64,000 nt of DNA from Neophaeotheca triangularis (lineage: Eukaryota): NCBI GenBank assembly GCA_054600435.1, contig BAAIJX010000002.1, positions 496,001 to 560,000 of the forward strand, read 5' to 3'. This document shows, piece by piece, positions 45,884 through 56,177 of the stretch. The notes under the pieces are model-generated. The model had not been told where the DNA came from, made no database searches, and was given only the letters and a program-made list of their open reading frames with translations. Both the position numbers and the translations under genes were made by a program. Position 1 is the first letter of the stretch. The number at the start of each line of letters is the position of its first letter.

Positions 45884-48383
45884 CTAAAAAGACCCTTGAA
45901 AGTTGAAATGGGCGCTCGCGTCCCCGTATGGATCCTGCCCAGGGGAGAAAGCCTCGTGGACGAAGTTCCGCAGGTCTTCCTGCGCGGTCAACGCATCGAC
46001 TTGCTGATTGTGGTACTCCATATGGTGTGGTGAGATTTTTGTGCTCTCATTCCCCTGGCTCTGGACAGTGCTCGGTGTTGGAATGGAAGTCGACGAGCGG
46101 CCCCCGCCTGATGCCGGCTGCTGAGAGGCTTGGGATTGGCGGGATTGGTCGCTGTTTACGCGCTGCTTGAAGTCTTGCTGCTGGCTACTGGCGTCGTTGG
46201 AACCGGGATTGGAGTAGCTATTTAGTTTTCGGGATTTCGCGTTCTTCTTGGCTTTTGTCCCAAGTATTAGCATTCGCTCTGGGGAGGGGGCAAATTTATC
46301 AATGACTTACGGGCACCGTGTTTGTTCTTGAACCACTTCTCCATCATTTGCTCCACCATCGAGATCCTCAAATCGTCTGCCCGGTCCCAGGCGCAGTATC
46401 TTAGAGTGTTCAGTCCATGCTGCATAGTTTTCTCGTCCTCATGGTAGGCTGCGTAGCCTATGGCATTGGTAGCGTGAGGCTGCGACTTGTGTAGCGCCGT
46501 CCGATACAGCGGAGTTAGCGAGGCTATGAAGGTCGTCATTGGATGAACGGCGGGATTCATCCTAATGTAGCCAAGAGATCGCTGATACGTATCGGACAGT
46601 TTCAGCATCGACGAAGCAGCTTCAGTAGCTGTTTGCAGGCAGGAGCCGAAATTGACTTGTTGTTGTGGCAGGCTCAAGCCGGGTCGGTGAATCAACCATC
46701 GCACGTAATGGAAAAGCATCTGCTCGTTGGCGTAGGAAGCCATAGTAGCAAGTTCTTCCAAGCCTTCCGCGTTCGGATCGGGGACATCTTCCGGCACTTC
46801 ATCAGCGGAAAAGTCCAGTGACTCTAGTAGATGGTCGCAGCAGAGACGATTCATCTGCTCTATCTTGGTAGATGCCTGTTTCCGCCGTCGCGTCGTATAC
46901 AGTACGTCGAGCACCCTGCTAAGTATCCTCGCCAGGCGACAGACGGAAATGAAGCGGTGAATCTTGCTCTCGCCCGGCAAAGATTCTGTCACACTCGTGG
47001 ATGTTAGTTGGTCGTCGTCAACGTCACTAGGCTCGGCGATGGTGATGTCTGCCTCGTGCAGTGCTCTGGGAATACCGGAAAGCGCTGACGAGAAGAGATG
47101 AAGCATGAAAGTACACCAGAAGATTCTGCGTCTCATTTCCGTTTCAAGCGGGTTACCAGTGTAACGATTTCCATCGTGATGTAGCCCGCACTCCAGGGCC
47201 TTGATATTGGCGATGGCGCTGAGTCGTAGCGCTTCGCTTCGCTGTCGTAGCATTATCAGAGCATAAGCATGCAGCGAAAGCGTCTGTAGTCTAGTGAGGC
47301 CGTCTCTCCTCATGTGCAAAGTGGCGTAATGGCACCGGCAGCCCGCTTGCAGCGCCTCGATCTGCCGCGACGTCCGCTCTTCTCTAGTCAGCTCGAGGCT
47401 GAAAGAATGACCAATGGACAAAGCCAGGTAGAACTGTGCGAGCATTTCGAAAGATTCTGTCCCTATGGTGTCCATGGAGTACAATTCGTCTATCACAACG
47501 ATGAAGGTAGGCCGGTGCAGAATAGGAAAAGATCGCTCCGTGAAGATGAAAAAGTTGGATATTATCGGATCAATGGAGGCCCGATCTGGCAGGTTCGTAG
47601 GGGAAACGCTCCAGAGGAGGTGGTCGGACTGTTCCAATGCGTTGCCTCTACTGAAATCGTCCAGACTGAACAGCGCATAGTCTAGCCAGGTCAGCCAATG
47701 CAGACTGATATTACCCAATATTGCACTTACAAGCTGGATCTTCTTGTTGGTCCTAAAGAACGGTCCTTGGTTAGCGAAAATGGTGCCTGTGAGTGCGTGG
47801 CAAAGTCTACTACCCACCTCGTCTACGACCTCTTGAAGTACTTGCGCAGAGAAGCCAATCCCAGACGAGGGCCCCATGTATCGTGACAAGCCGTCCTCGT
47901 CAATCACGTGGGTTCCTAATTCTTGCAAGACAGTCAAGTCCGGCTTATTGGGCCTCTTTGCAGAGGCTTCAGGAGAGTCAGCAGTCTTTCCTTGCTGGAA
48001 CGAATCGCGAGGGCCGGCGCCGCTCAGTGGTGTTTCACTGGGAGACGGCTTCTCCTCGACCTTGCCCTCGAGTTGCCGAACGCGATCCTCTAGGTACTGA
48101 ACATATGACCTGGGAGTCGAGTTCTTGGACAATCTGACCAGAAAATGTCAATCGAGTGAAGCTTGGCAAGCTACTTCCGATCCTCTCACCTGGCACCTCC
48201 CTCGCAAGGGAACTTTGCTGCAAGACAATTGGAGCATGGTCTCCTCCCATCACACTGAGCGATTATTAGCTAGTGGTCGAGTTGCAGTAAACACGTTGGT
48301 CTCCTTTCCTTTATTTTTTTCGTGCGACAGCGAATGCAGACTGTAATGACATCCTTGTCGTCACCCTGTCCCTCAGCCGGCAT
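45884..48383 (-). CDS. Zn2Cys6 transcription factor with fungal-specific middle homology domain
   Basis: Exons 48383-48309, 48254-48190, 48133-47818, 47752-47731, 47681-46311, 46251-45884. CIRCRTKKIK|CDGRRPCSNCLAAKFPC, YVQYLEDRVRQLE, YMGPSSG, FPILHRPTF, GLHHD, EMRRRIFW. The first intron has a GA donor. Confidence 0.85.
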
Positions 48384-50320
48384 GATGAGAACTCTTCAAC
48401 TTCTTGCGAGCGTTTGCGATGATCATGCCAACAGCTACACCTCCAACGGACCTCAGGCCATGAAGGTGGCTAAGCAGGTGTTGGTGGAGGTGACAGAGAC
48501 GCCGAGAATGATGTGCGGTCTGGTAATGATATCAATTTTCCAATAGTAGTTGCGTGTAATGCATTGCTTGCGTATTCACGTGATGTACTTTGTTCGCCCT
48601 TGAAGTGAATCAAGTCGCCTCGCCACCCGTAAGAGACTACTTAGGTAAGACAAGAGGTACCTAGATTCGAGTGTAGGTTGCTCCAAGACGTGCACGTGAC
48701 AAGGAGCGTTCGAAATCCGCAACCTTTGAATTTCGGCGGTTCGGATAACTTACGGCGACCTCACCCTTTGAACTTTGCACCCTTTTGGACAGCAACAATA
48801 ATAATAAGTCAAGGTACCTCGGGCTATCATTATTAACAACGTGCTAGTCAATTTGGCATTTTAGTATGTAAAGTATTTTAGTAGTGACAAGTCACACTGC
48901 CTTACGCCACGCCACCTACGACCACTACGCTCGCCTCTATCATGACAGGTCACAGGTACCGATACTGCGAAACCTTCTTATAAACTTAACAGCATCAATG
49001 TCATCATTTGCACCTCGTGAGTAGTCCGAGGTCATAGCAGTCGGTCATATACACTCCAACGGCCGGTCAAAGGCAACCCGAGACGAACAGCTGCCACTAT
49101 TACACGAAGCCGTTGCTGCTCCCAACATGGTATCCCCTACAAATGCGTTTTCAGGACAGAACCCACTGCCACTGGCTCCTGCATGCGTCAGCGCTGTCTC
49201 AAGTCTCAGCTTTCGGCTACTTTACGTCCCGAGACAGCTCTATGCCGGTAGGCAGGTATCCAGTCCATGTAATTGCCGGTACTTGTACACGTGGAGCGGG
49301 ACATGACCGGCGACCACCTATAAAAGTTACAACTTTTACAAGTTGCAAGTCCCCGCGGAACATGCGGGAGCATACGGGAGCTTTAGAGGACTCGAAATGG
49401 ACGTATGCGTACAAAGGCACAGTGATAATGTCTATTGTTTCGGGGCTGCATCACGTGGCAAGCACCAGGCTGGCTCTGACCAGCCTTTCCACAGTGAATA
49501 TTTGCTTCGACGACGGCCAATGGGAGAATGCTTTTTCACAATGAGCCCAATCTCCCGGAGTCGCAAGAGAATCACGGACGGTCGTTCGCGGATACGGCAT
49601 GACCTCTAAGCGCCCTTTAAGAGTACAGCATGGACGTGAGAAAATAGCCTCGGATTCTTGTTGTTGGGAGGTGTGGCCACTACTTGTCACGAAGACCACG
49701 AGGTACCGGCTGATGAGTTGACATGTCATTACAGTACCTTTCTTTGTACGCTCAAAACAAGACCACCTTTGGCTCGACAAGCTGCAGGACTAGCACAAAG
49801 CTACGATACCCCACCTATCAAAGGCAAACGGCGGTCACTCAGGGCCACACGGATACCTGACAACCTGCCAACGTCCACTGACTACGGCTCTTCGGCGAAG
49901 GCAATGGGCCTTCGGTCGCCTGGCGACGCCAAGACAGGGACTATGCCAAGCACAGAGACAAGGCATGTTGTCGGCCATACCCTACATCATTGATTGGCCC
50001 TTGTCTTCCCGCACCATGGCACTAGTGCTTCTTCCTAGTCTTCCAAATACTGTAAGTTACTCTAATGACCCCTAGTCTCCACAGCGAGGAGGGAGACTAT
50101 GCGGAGCATAGCGCCAAGCCGTGGTAAGCATTCACTGCCACGCTGGGCTTCTGTCTTGACCTACATAACCATTGTCTACTCCCTCAATTGCAATCCTGGC
50201 CGCTGAGGATGACCACATTATTCCACGAGACGTCAAAAGACGCCTCGAGACACGTCGACAATCGCAAGCTAGAGACGCTGGGGTTAATCAAAAACACTAG
50301 GATCCTCGAAGAAAGCGACA

Positions 50321-51418
50321 ATGGATGACCAAAATCGACCCTCTCAAGGGGGCGAGCCGCGTACTTATCGATTCATATCTGACCGATTCCACAAAGAGAA
50401 CCTATCGGGACGTGTTCGAGCAGCATGCGTCACTTGCCGACGCCGCAAGGTCAAATGTGAAGGAGTGGAGCCATGCCGCACATGCAACGAAAAGGGACTT
50501 GTTTGTGAGGGATTACCAAAGCGCAAAACCTCTGATCAAGACGCACCACTGGTACCGAACGAAGCAGCAAATGAGTCTCGAGGGGTCAAGAGATCAAGCC
50601 AGGACGCTCTGCTTAGACCAAACGCAGAAGCATTGCACAAGGATCATAAAAGCGATGATTCTGGCTACGAAAGCATTAAAGCCGCAAGGAGTCAGGCAGC
50701 ATCACCGGTCAATATCGAATCGACGATCAAGAATGGCAAAGAATCACAAAAAGCAGGCTCCCACCACCAGCAGTCTCCACGAGGGTACCAGTTCATCAAC
50801 GAGACGCTCACCTTCGGCCAGGGACATAGCCAAGACAACCAACATTACTTCGATGAAGCCACCAGAAAAGCTTCTGCCGCAAGTACTCGAGGCTCACTGG
50901 ATCAATCGAAGGCCAGCAACTCGGCGGACAAATTTCGCTCGCAAGATCAAGGATCTGCGAATCTTATGACGACAGCCCGAGCCCTGGAAGAACAAGCCAG
51001 ATCGCTGCGCTTAATGGCCATTCAGCAAGGCTCGGCCGATTGCGAGGACCAACACAGTCCACACAGCACCACTGGCTACTCAATGTATTTCATGACACAG
51101 GACAACGCCCCACAATCCATCAGCTTCCAACAGCCTCTCGGTCGCGATACGAATAGCCTGTTTCCGGATCAAGTCCAGAGTGTGGACTTTCCCAATCACC
51201 CCGGCCTTACCTCAGGGCAATGGTGGAGCCTTTACAACGATGTTGGGCAGCATCAGAATGGGCCGCATCCAGCAGCACGTTTCGATTCCATGGCCGACTT
51301 TTCGGGCAACACTACAGTCTCCGGTGATTGCGGCGCCTTTGACACTTCGTTCACCAATAACATTGCAACAGATTGCTATTCTTGGCAGTTCCCGTCATGC
51401 GGACAAGGGAACGCATAG
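50321..51418 (+). CDS. Short Zn2Cys6 transcription factor (365 aa, no obvious middle homology domain)
   Basis: RAACVTCRRRKVKCEGVEPCRTCNEKGLVC followed by an S/Q-rich disordered region and an aromatic/acidic C-terminus. Confidence 0.88.
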   Translation: MDDQNRPSQGGEPRTYRFISDRFHKENLSGRVRAACVTCRRRKVKCEGVEPCRTCNEKGLVCEGLPKRKTSDQDAPLVPNEAANESRGVKRSSQDALLRPNAEALHKDHKSDDSGYESIKAARSQAASPVNIESTIKNGKESQKAGSHHQQSPRGYQFINETLTFGQGHSQDNQHYFDEATRKASAASTRGSLDQSKASNSADKFRSQDQGSANLMTTARALEEQARSLRLMAIQQGSADCEDQHSPHSTTGYSMYFMTQDNAPQSISFQQPLGRDTNSLFPDQVQSVDFPNHPGLTSGQWWSLYNDVGQHQNGPHPAARFDSMADFSGNTTVSGDCGAFDTSFTNNIATDCYSWQFPSCGQGNA

Positions 51419-51677
51419 ATCTGCGCCGGCTTGAATAGGATCTTCGTTGCGCACGGCCATGCATATGTGACTTGGCAGAAGGAAAGGGCCGTAACAACAA
51501 GGCAAGCAGAGTTAACTAGGGGAAAGGTTTTCAGGTTTGAAGATTCGTGCCAATTAGCGAGGTGCGAAAGGGCATATTGCACAGAGGGGAGGCGTTTGTT
51601 AGATTATACCAGCACCTGGCGCCATATAATTCCGTTCCACATTCGCAAGACTACTCATTCCCACACCATTGCTATGG

Positions 51678-54600
51678 CTAAGCTGCCTCCTGAATCTTCT
51701 TGCGTCGTTCTTTTGCATTCTTCCCCTTGCCTTTGCTGCTTGAAGCGGCGGTCTGCTTCTTGGACTTTCTCGGGGGCTGCTCGAAATCGCTTCCCTCTTC
51801 GACTTCCGAGGTGGCAGTGTCTGCTTGGCGTGCGCTCGAATTGCGCTTCTTGCTGCCCTGGCCCGACGACTTTGCGCCATTGGAAGCTTCCGCATCAGCT
51901 CCCTCCAAGGCACCATTGTCATCAGCCGGTGCTTCGGCGCTTTGCCTACCCCCCTTTGCCTTCTCCGCTAACCGAGTCAACGCACTCCCCATGCGCTTAC
52001 TCCCCTGAACTCTCTTCCTAGGCGCGAAGCTTTCCTGGCCTTGCCCGCTACCACCACCACCTGCGGCGCCGAGACCTACCGAGCCCTCAAAATACCTCGT
52101 CAAATTCGCTTGCGTGCCCTCGTCCATTCTGCGATTCATGTCACGGATGACCGGAACGAGCACTTCGTCAGTACGCTCCTGGCTCCAGCCAATCGTCGCC
52201 ATGAGAAAGGAGCGCAAGGCGTCTAGATCCGGCACGCCCCACTGAAAGGGCTCAGGGTCAGCGTCAACTTCGGGCTCAAGGTATGCAGCGTCGACGCGCG
52301 GGTCGGGGAAGGCTGGGGGCAGAAAGAGCTTGCTAGCCTGACGGCGAAACTTTTTGCGGAAAGCGCTGTTTGCGTCTGCGGACTTTGGTATTGACGTGTC
52401 TTGCACGCCGGAGTACCACTCTTTGAAGGCGTCGAGAGAGCCGAACTCGGCGATCAGCTCAAGAGCAGTGACCGGACCAACGCCGGGGAGGCCCTCGGTG
52501 TAATCGCTGCCTAGAAGGTGGGCGACGTTGATCAGCTTTTGGCGGGTGAGGTCAAACTCTTTCTCGAAATCAGAAGCTAGGTAGCATTCGACGAATTTTG
52601 CTTGGTTGAACATGTTTTTGTAGATTCTCGTGCCACCGAAGAGGAAGCAGTCGCTGTCGTCAGTGACTATGCCGTCGACCAAACCCGAATTGACTAATTC
52701 TGCACACTGTGCTTCTGCTTCCATTGGCGCTGTAACGTACGGTAAACCAAAGAGCTTGAGTAGTTGTTGGCATTCTGTGACCATGATATGGGTGACTTCA
52801 TCAGCGTCTCGGCGGTCCTTCTTCTGCTGACTGCGTAGTTGTTTGAGCTCCTTTTCGTAGTCTTGAACATTCTGCTCTTGGGTTTTGTTGTTCAAGCTAC
52901 TCGCAAAGCGTGCGTGCTCTCCAGCCTCAGCAGCGAGAGTGCGTAGAAGCTCTTCCTCTTCAGGGTCATAGAACTCGTCGAGCTCCGGTATATCTTCCAT
53001 GCCACCTTCCGGTAGTGTCTCCTGTTTAGCGAGACCTGACGCAGGCACGGACCCTGCTTCTCCGACATCATCGTGTTCGGCAGAAGTCGCCATCTTGGGC
53101 TCCGGCGGATTCTCTTCACCCATGCCAGCAACGTCCTCGAACTCCATTTCCGGAGTCAGTGAACGGGAGACCTCTTGCTGCAAGTGGCCACCAGCCGGTT
53201 CCGCATGAGGCAAGGGTTGCATTTTGGCGGCCTTGCCTCCCACGGGCGATCCGTCTTCGCTCTCACTCCAAGCAATCTGTTCGTCCTCAGAATTGCCTTC
53301 GAGTGCAGACCGAGAGAGCGCAGTGCTTCCCTGAGCTTGTGGGGTAGTCGAAGGTTGTGTCTGTGGATCTTGGGTGTCTTCAGGGGCAAGCAATGTAGAG
53401 GCACTGCTCTGAGTCGGGACATGGGGAGCGGCCGATTGCTCTGGCTGCTGAACTGTGATATTGGACGAAGGCTCACCACTCATCTCTTCGTCACTATCAT
53501 CAGCAATGAATGGTCCAGCCCGTGGTGCGGTCGTCACATCAGGCTTTGAGCTCTCTATGTGCGAGGACTCAGGAGGTTCAGCACGAACTGCATCAGCCAT
53601 ATCTCCCATTCTGAGCTCTGGGTCTTGCACAATAGTTTGAGGATGATTCCATGTTCCTTCAGGCGCGCCTTCTGCCTCGGCATCTATGTTGATTGGCTCG
53701 GATTTTCTAATGGACGCCTGCTCGTCTTCAAGATCGATGATCGTGTTCCTCTCAGCTTTCTGGCTAGTCTTCGGTTCGTCTTCCGCATCAAGGTCAATTA
53801 TTTCGTTCTCGTTCTTACGGCTTGAGCGATTTTCACCCCTGCTTTGAAACTGATATTGCTTGTCAAAGTCCTTCGCTCGTTGCCTGTCGTCCGCCTCGAG
53901 ATTCCTCTGCTTGGCAATGTCTTCTTCCAGTTCCCCAGAAAACCAGGGCGGGAGTGGTTCAGCATTTTTTTTCGCAGGCTTCTCAGCCACGTCGGGATTT
54001 TCGAACCCGCCTGCTTGCTCGTCTTGACGCTGTTGTGCCTTCTTTCTGCCAAGTAACGAGGAGCCCAGATCTAGCTTCTCGAAAGGTAGGGGCCCCGAGA
54101 AGCCGTGTGACTTCGCGGCGTCCGTTTGTCGCGCGGGCCTTGCCGGCTGCGTAGGCCGAGCTTGTGACGGTGGGCTGGGTTTGCGCTTCGACTTACGACT
54201 CTCGGCCAAAGCTGCTTGAAAGTCAATGGTGTCGTCCTCGCTGTCGCTGTAATCCGGCTTTGGCACGGGAACCCCGAAGCTGGTGACCTCTTGGCTTTCC
54301 GGGGCGATCTTGTGCGCACGCTGGTTGACAAGAGAAGCGATGCCCCTACCACTGCTTTTAGGGATCGGCCGCGATTCTTCGACTGCAGACTGCTGAAAAG
54401 CGTCAAGCATGTCGTTATCTTCGTGGGCATCTCCTTGTTGCTCTTCCAAGGGCATTGCAATGGCGCGATCAGTATCGGCGTCTTGCGATTCATAATGTTC
54501 GGGTGACCGGTGATCCCTCTGTAAAGACAGCGCAATGGCACGGTTGAGCTCCTCATCTTCATTCGTCTCGCCAAAGAGTTCACCTTCTGCATCCTGCCAA

Positions 54601-55907
54601 TCTACTTCGTTCTCCTCCATGTCCTCTCCATCGTCGCTTGGCTCCTCGGCAATGAATAGCGAGTTCGGATCTTCAGCCTGTTGTGCCTTCTTCGCTTTTG
54701 CCTTTTTTCTTGCGCTCTGTCGGCGTGAGTTGTAGAGAGCACGCCTTTGCCTTGCTACATCTTCGTCGTGGCCAGCACTCGGCCGCGATTGCTTCGGCAG
54801 TCGGTTCAGACCCTCTATGGGCACATCCTCAAAGGCATCATCATCTTCCCACTCATCCTCATCCTTCGCAACCGGAGCCGGTGCATCGATATCGATAGGC
54901 TTCTCTTGCTTTCCTTCGTCACCGATAACACCAAGCGCCCAGCCGCCCTCGACGCCATCGTTCTTGACCAGCACATACTCTCTCCCTTTCTCGCCAGCCA
55001 CTCTGCCAGCACCGTTGATTCCAAATGCAGCGTCGTCACCGGGTCCATTAATGTTCATCAGCCGCTGTGTCAGCTCGTTGCGCTCCGTGACACGCTCAAT
55101 CTGGAATTTCGAGAAAGCCATACGGTCTGGGAACATGCTATCGAGCTGCTCCTTGGAATGGCCCATTCTCAATCTGCTCCGCAGTCGCGCGGCATTAAGG
55201 ATGTTGTAGCGGTCGCTGGCCGGCAAAGACATGAAAAAAGCACTATCGTAGTCTATCTTTGAAAAGTCGTAGACATTGATATCCTCGCCTGTATCGAACT
55301 GTCTCGCATATGCCTCGAGGTCTTCTAAACTCATGACACGTGGATCGTCCGGTCCACCCATATCGTTCATGCTCGTATCCATCTCGGGCAGATGATATTG
55401 GTCCTTCTTCTTGAATTTGCGATTCTGCTGGCGCTCTTGTTGGCTCATCTGTAGCTCGTCTACATACACCAGCCCTTCCTCTGGAATCGCCTCTTCTTCC
55501 TCGACCGGCTGCCTCCGTTGCTGCTCTTCCCTCCTCTTTGCATCCTCCTCCTCAGCCCTCCGCTGCATCTGCACCGCAAGCAGCTTACCGGCAGTACGAA
55601 CGGCATCTTCCCTTCTCCCTTCTCGTCTGGATTTGCGAGCGCCGATAGTCTGTCTCTTGAGCGCTGGCGCGCCGCCATCGAAGACGAAGACTGGCTTGAT
55701 GCCGAAGTAGAGCAGCTTGCAGATACGGCGAAAGAATCCGACGACGTGGCTATTACGCAACGCGTTGCCCTCTTTGTCACGGACTGCCTTGAGAAACTGG
55801 TATATCCAGATCGAGGCATCAACCGCCAGCCGTTTGCGGTTCAGCGTCTCGAGCTTAATGGGCCTGGCGCATGGCTGCACAATCTGCCAAAGAGACGTGA
55901 CACCCAT
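51678..55907 (-). CDS. RAD2: DNA repair endonuclease Rad2/XPG (Rad13)
   Basis: MGVTSLW, AVDASIWIYQF, PVFVFDG (N-domain), APMEAEAQCA, TDDSDCFLFGG, LLGSDYTEG (I-domain/H3TH), PIP-like QANLTRYF, basic NLS tail. Confidence 0.95.
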   Translation of the reverse strand: MGVTSLWQIVQPCARPIKLETLNRKRLAVDASIWIYQFLKAVRDKEGNALRNSHVVGFFRRICKLLYFGIKPVFVFDGGAPALKRQTIGARKSRREGRREDAVRTAGKLLAVQMQRRAEEEDAKRREEQQRRQPVEEEEAIPEEGLVYVDELQMSQQERQQNRKFKKKDQYHLPEMDTSMNDMGGPDDPRVMSLEDLEAYARQFDTGEDINVYDFSKIDYDSAFFMSLPASDRYNILNAARLRSRLRMGHSKEQLDSMFPDRMAFSKFQIERVTERNELTQRLMNINGPGDDAAFGINGAGRVAGEKGREYVLVKNDGVEGGWALGVIGDEGKQEKPIDIDAPAPVAKDEDEWEDDDAFEDVPIEGLNRLPKQSRPSAGHDEDVARQRRALYNSRRQSARKKAKAKKAQQAEDPNSLFIAEEPSDDGEDMEENEVDWQDAEGELFGETNEDEELNRAIALSLQRDHRSPEHYESQDADTDRAIAMPLEEQQGDAHEDNDMLDAFQQSAVEESRPIPKSSGRGIASLVNQRAHKIAPESQEVTSFGVPVPKPDYSDSEDDTIDFQAALAESRKSKRKPSPPSQARPTQPARPARQTDAAKSHGFSGPLPFEKLDLGSSLLGRKKAQQRQDEQAGGFENPDVAEKPAKKNAEPLPPWFSGELEEDIAKQRNLEADDRQRAKDFDKQYQFQSRGENRSSRKNENEIIDLDAEDEPKTSQKAERNTIIDLEDEQASIRKSEPINIDAEAEGAPEGTWNHPQTIVQDPELRMGDMADAVRAEPPESSHIESSKPDVTTAPRAGPFIADDSDEEMSGEPSSNITVQQPEQSAAPHVPTQSSASTLLAPEDTQDPQTQPSTTPQAQGSTALSRSALEGNSEDEQIAWSESEDGSPVGGKAAKMQPLPHAEPAGGHLQQEVSRSLTPEMEFEDVAGMGEENPPEPKMATSAEHDDVGEAGSVPASGLAKQETLPEGGMEDIPELDEFYDPEEEELLRTLAAEAGEHARFASSLNNKTQEQNVQDYEKELKQLRSQQKKDRRDADEVTHIMVTECQQLLKLFGLPYVTAPMEAEAQCAELVNSGLVDGIVTDDSDCFLFGGTRIYKNMFNQAKFVECYLASDFEKEFDLTRQKLINVAHLLGSDYTEGLPGVGPVTALELIAEFGSLDAFKEWYSGVQDTSIPKSADANSAFRKKFRRQASKLFLPPAFPDPRVDAAYLEPEVDADPEPFQWGVPDLDALRSFLMATIGWSQERTDEVLVPVIRDMNRRMDEGTQANLTRYFEGSVGLGAAGGGGSGQGQESFAPRKRVQGSKRMGSALTRLAEKAKGGRQSAEAPADDNGALEGADAEASNGAKSSGQGSKKRNSSARQADTATSEVEEGSDFEQPPRKSKKQTAASSSKGKGKNAKERRKKIQEAA

Positions 55908-56177
55908 CTTGCATCGGTTGACGGAGCAGTATCATCGCCGGATCGGTATTCACTGCGAGATCTCGATATATGCACGTGTGTACAGTTGATGATGAGGTGT
56001 GAATGGAAGCACCCGACAACTTCAACAAGCCGATGACGTGCACCCTCACTCGAAGGACGCGGGTCAAAGCGCGCGATCACGTGAGTCCCACAGTCCAGCT
56101 ACAGTGAGATGATAGACAGCGACGCCAATGATACAATGTCAGGATGAAAGCTACATGCAATAAGTAACTCGCCTACG

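Noticed and set aside
34752..56068. Identical 11-mer CGCGGGTCAAA upstream of RPS11 (34752) and RAD2 (56058)
   Set aside because: Several chance 11-mer matches are expected among this much promoter sequence and the genes are functionally unrelated.
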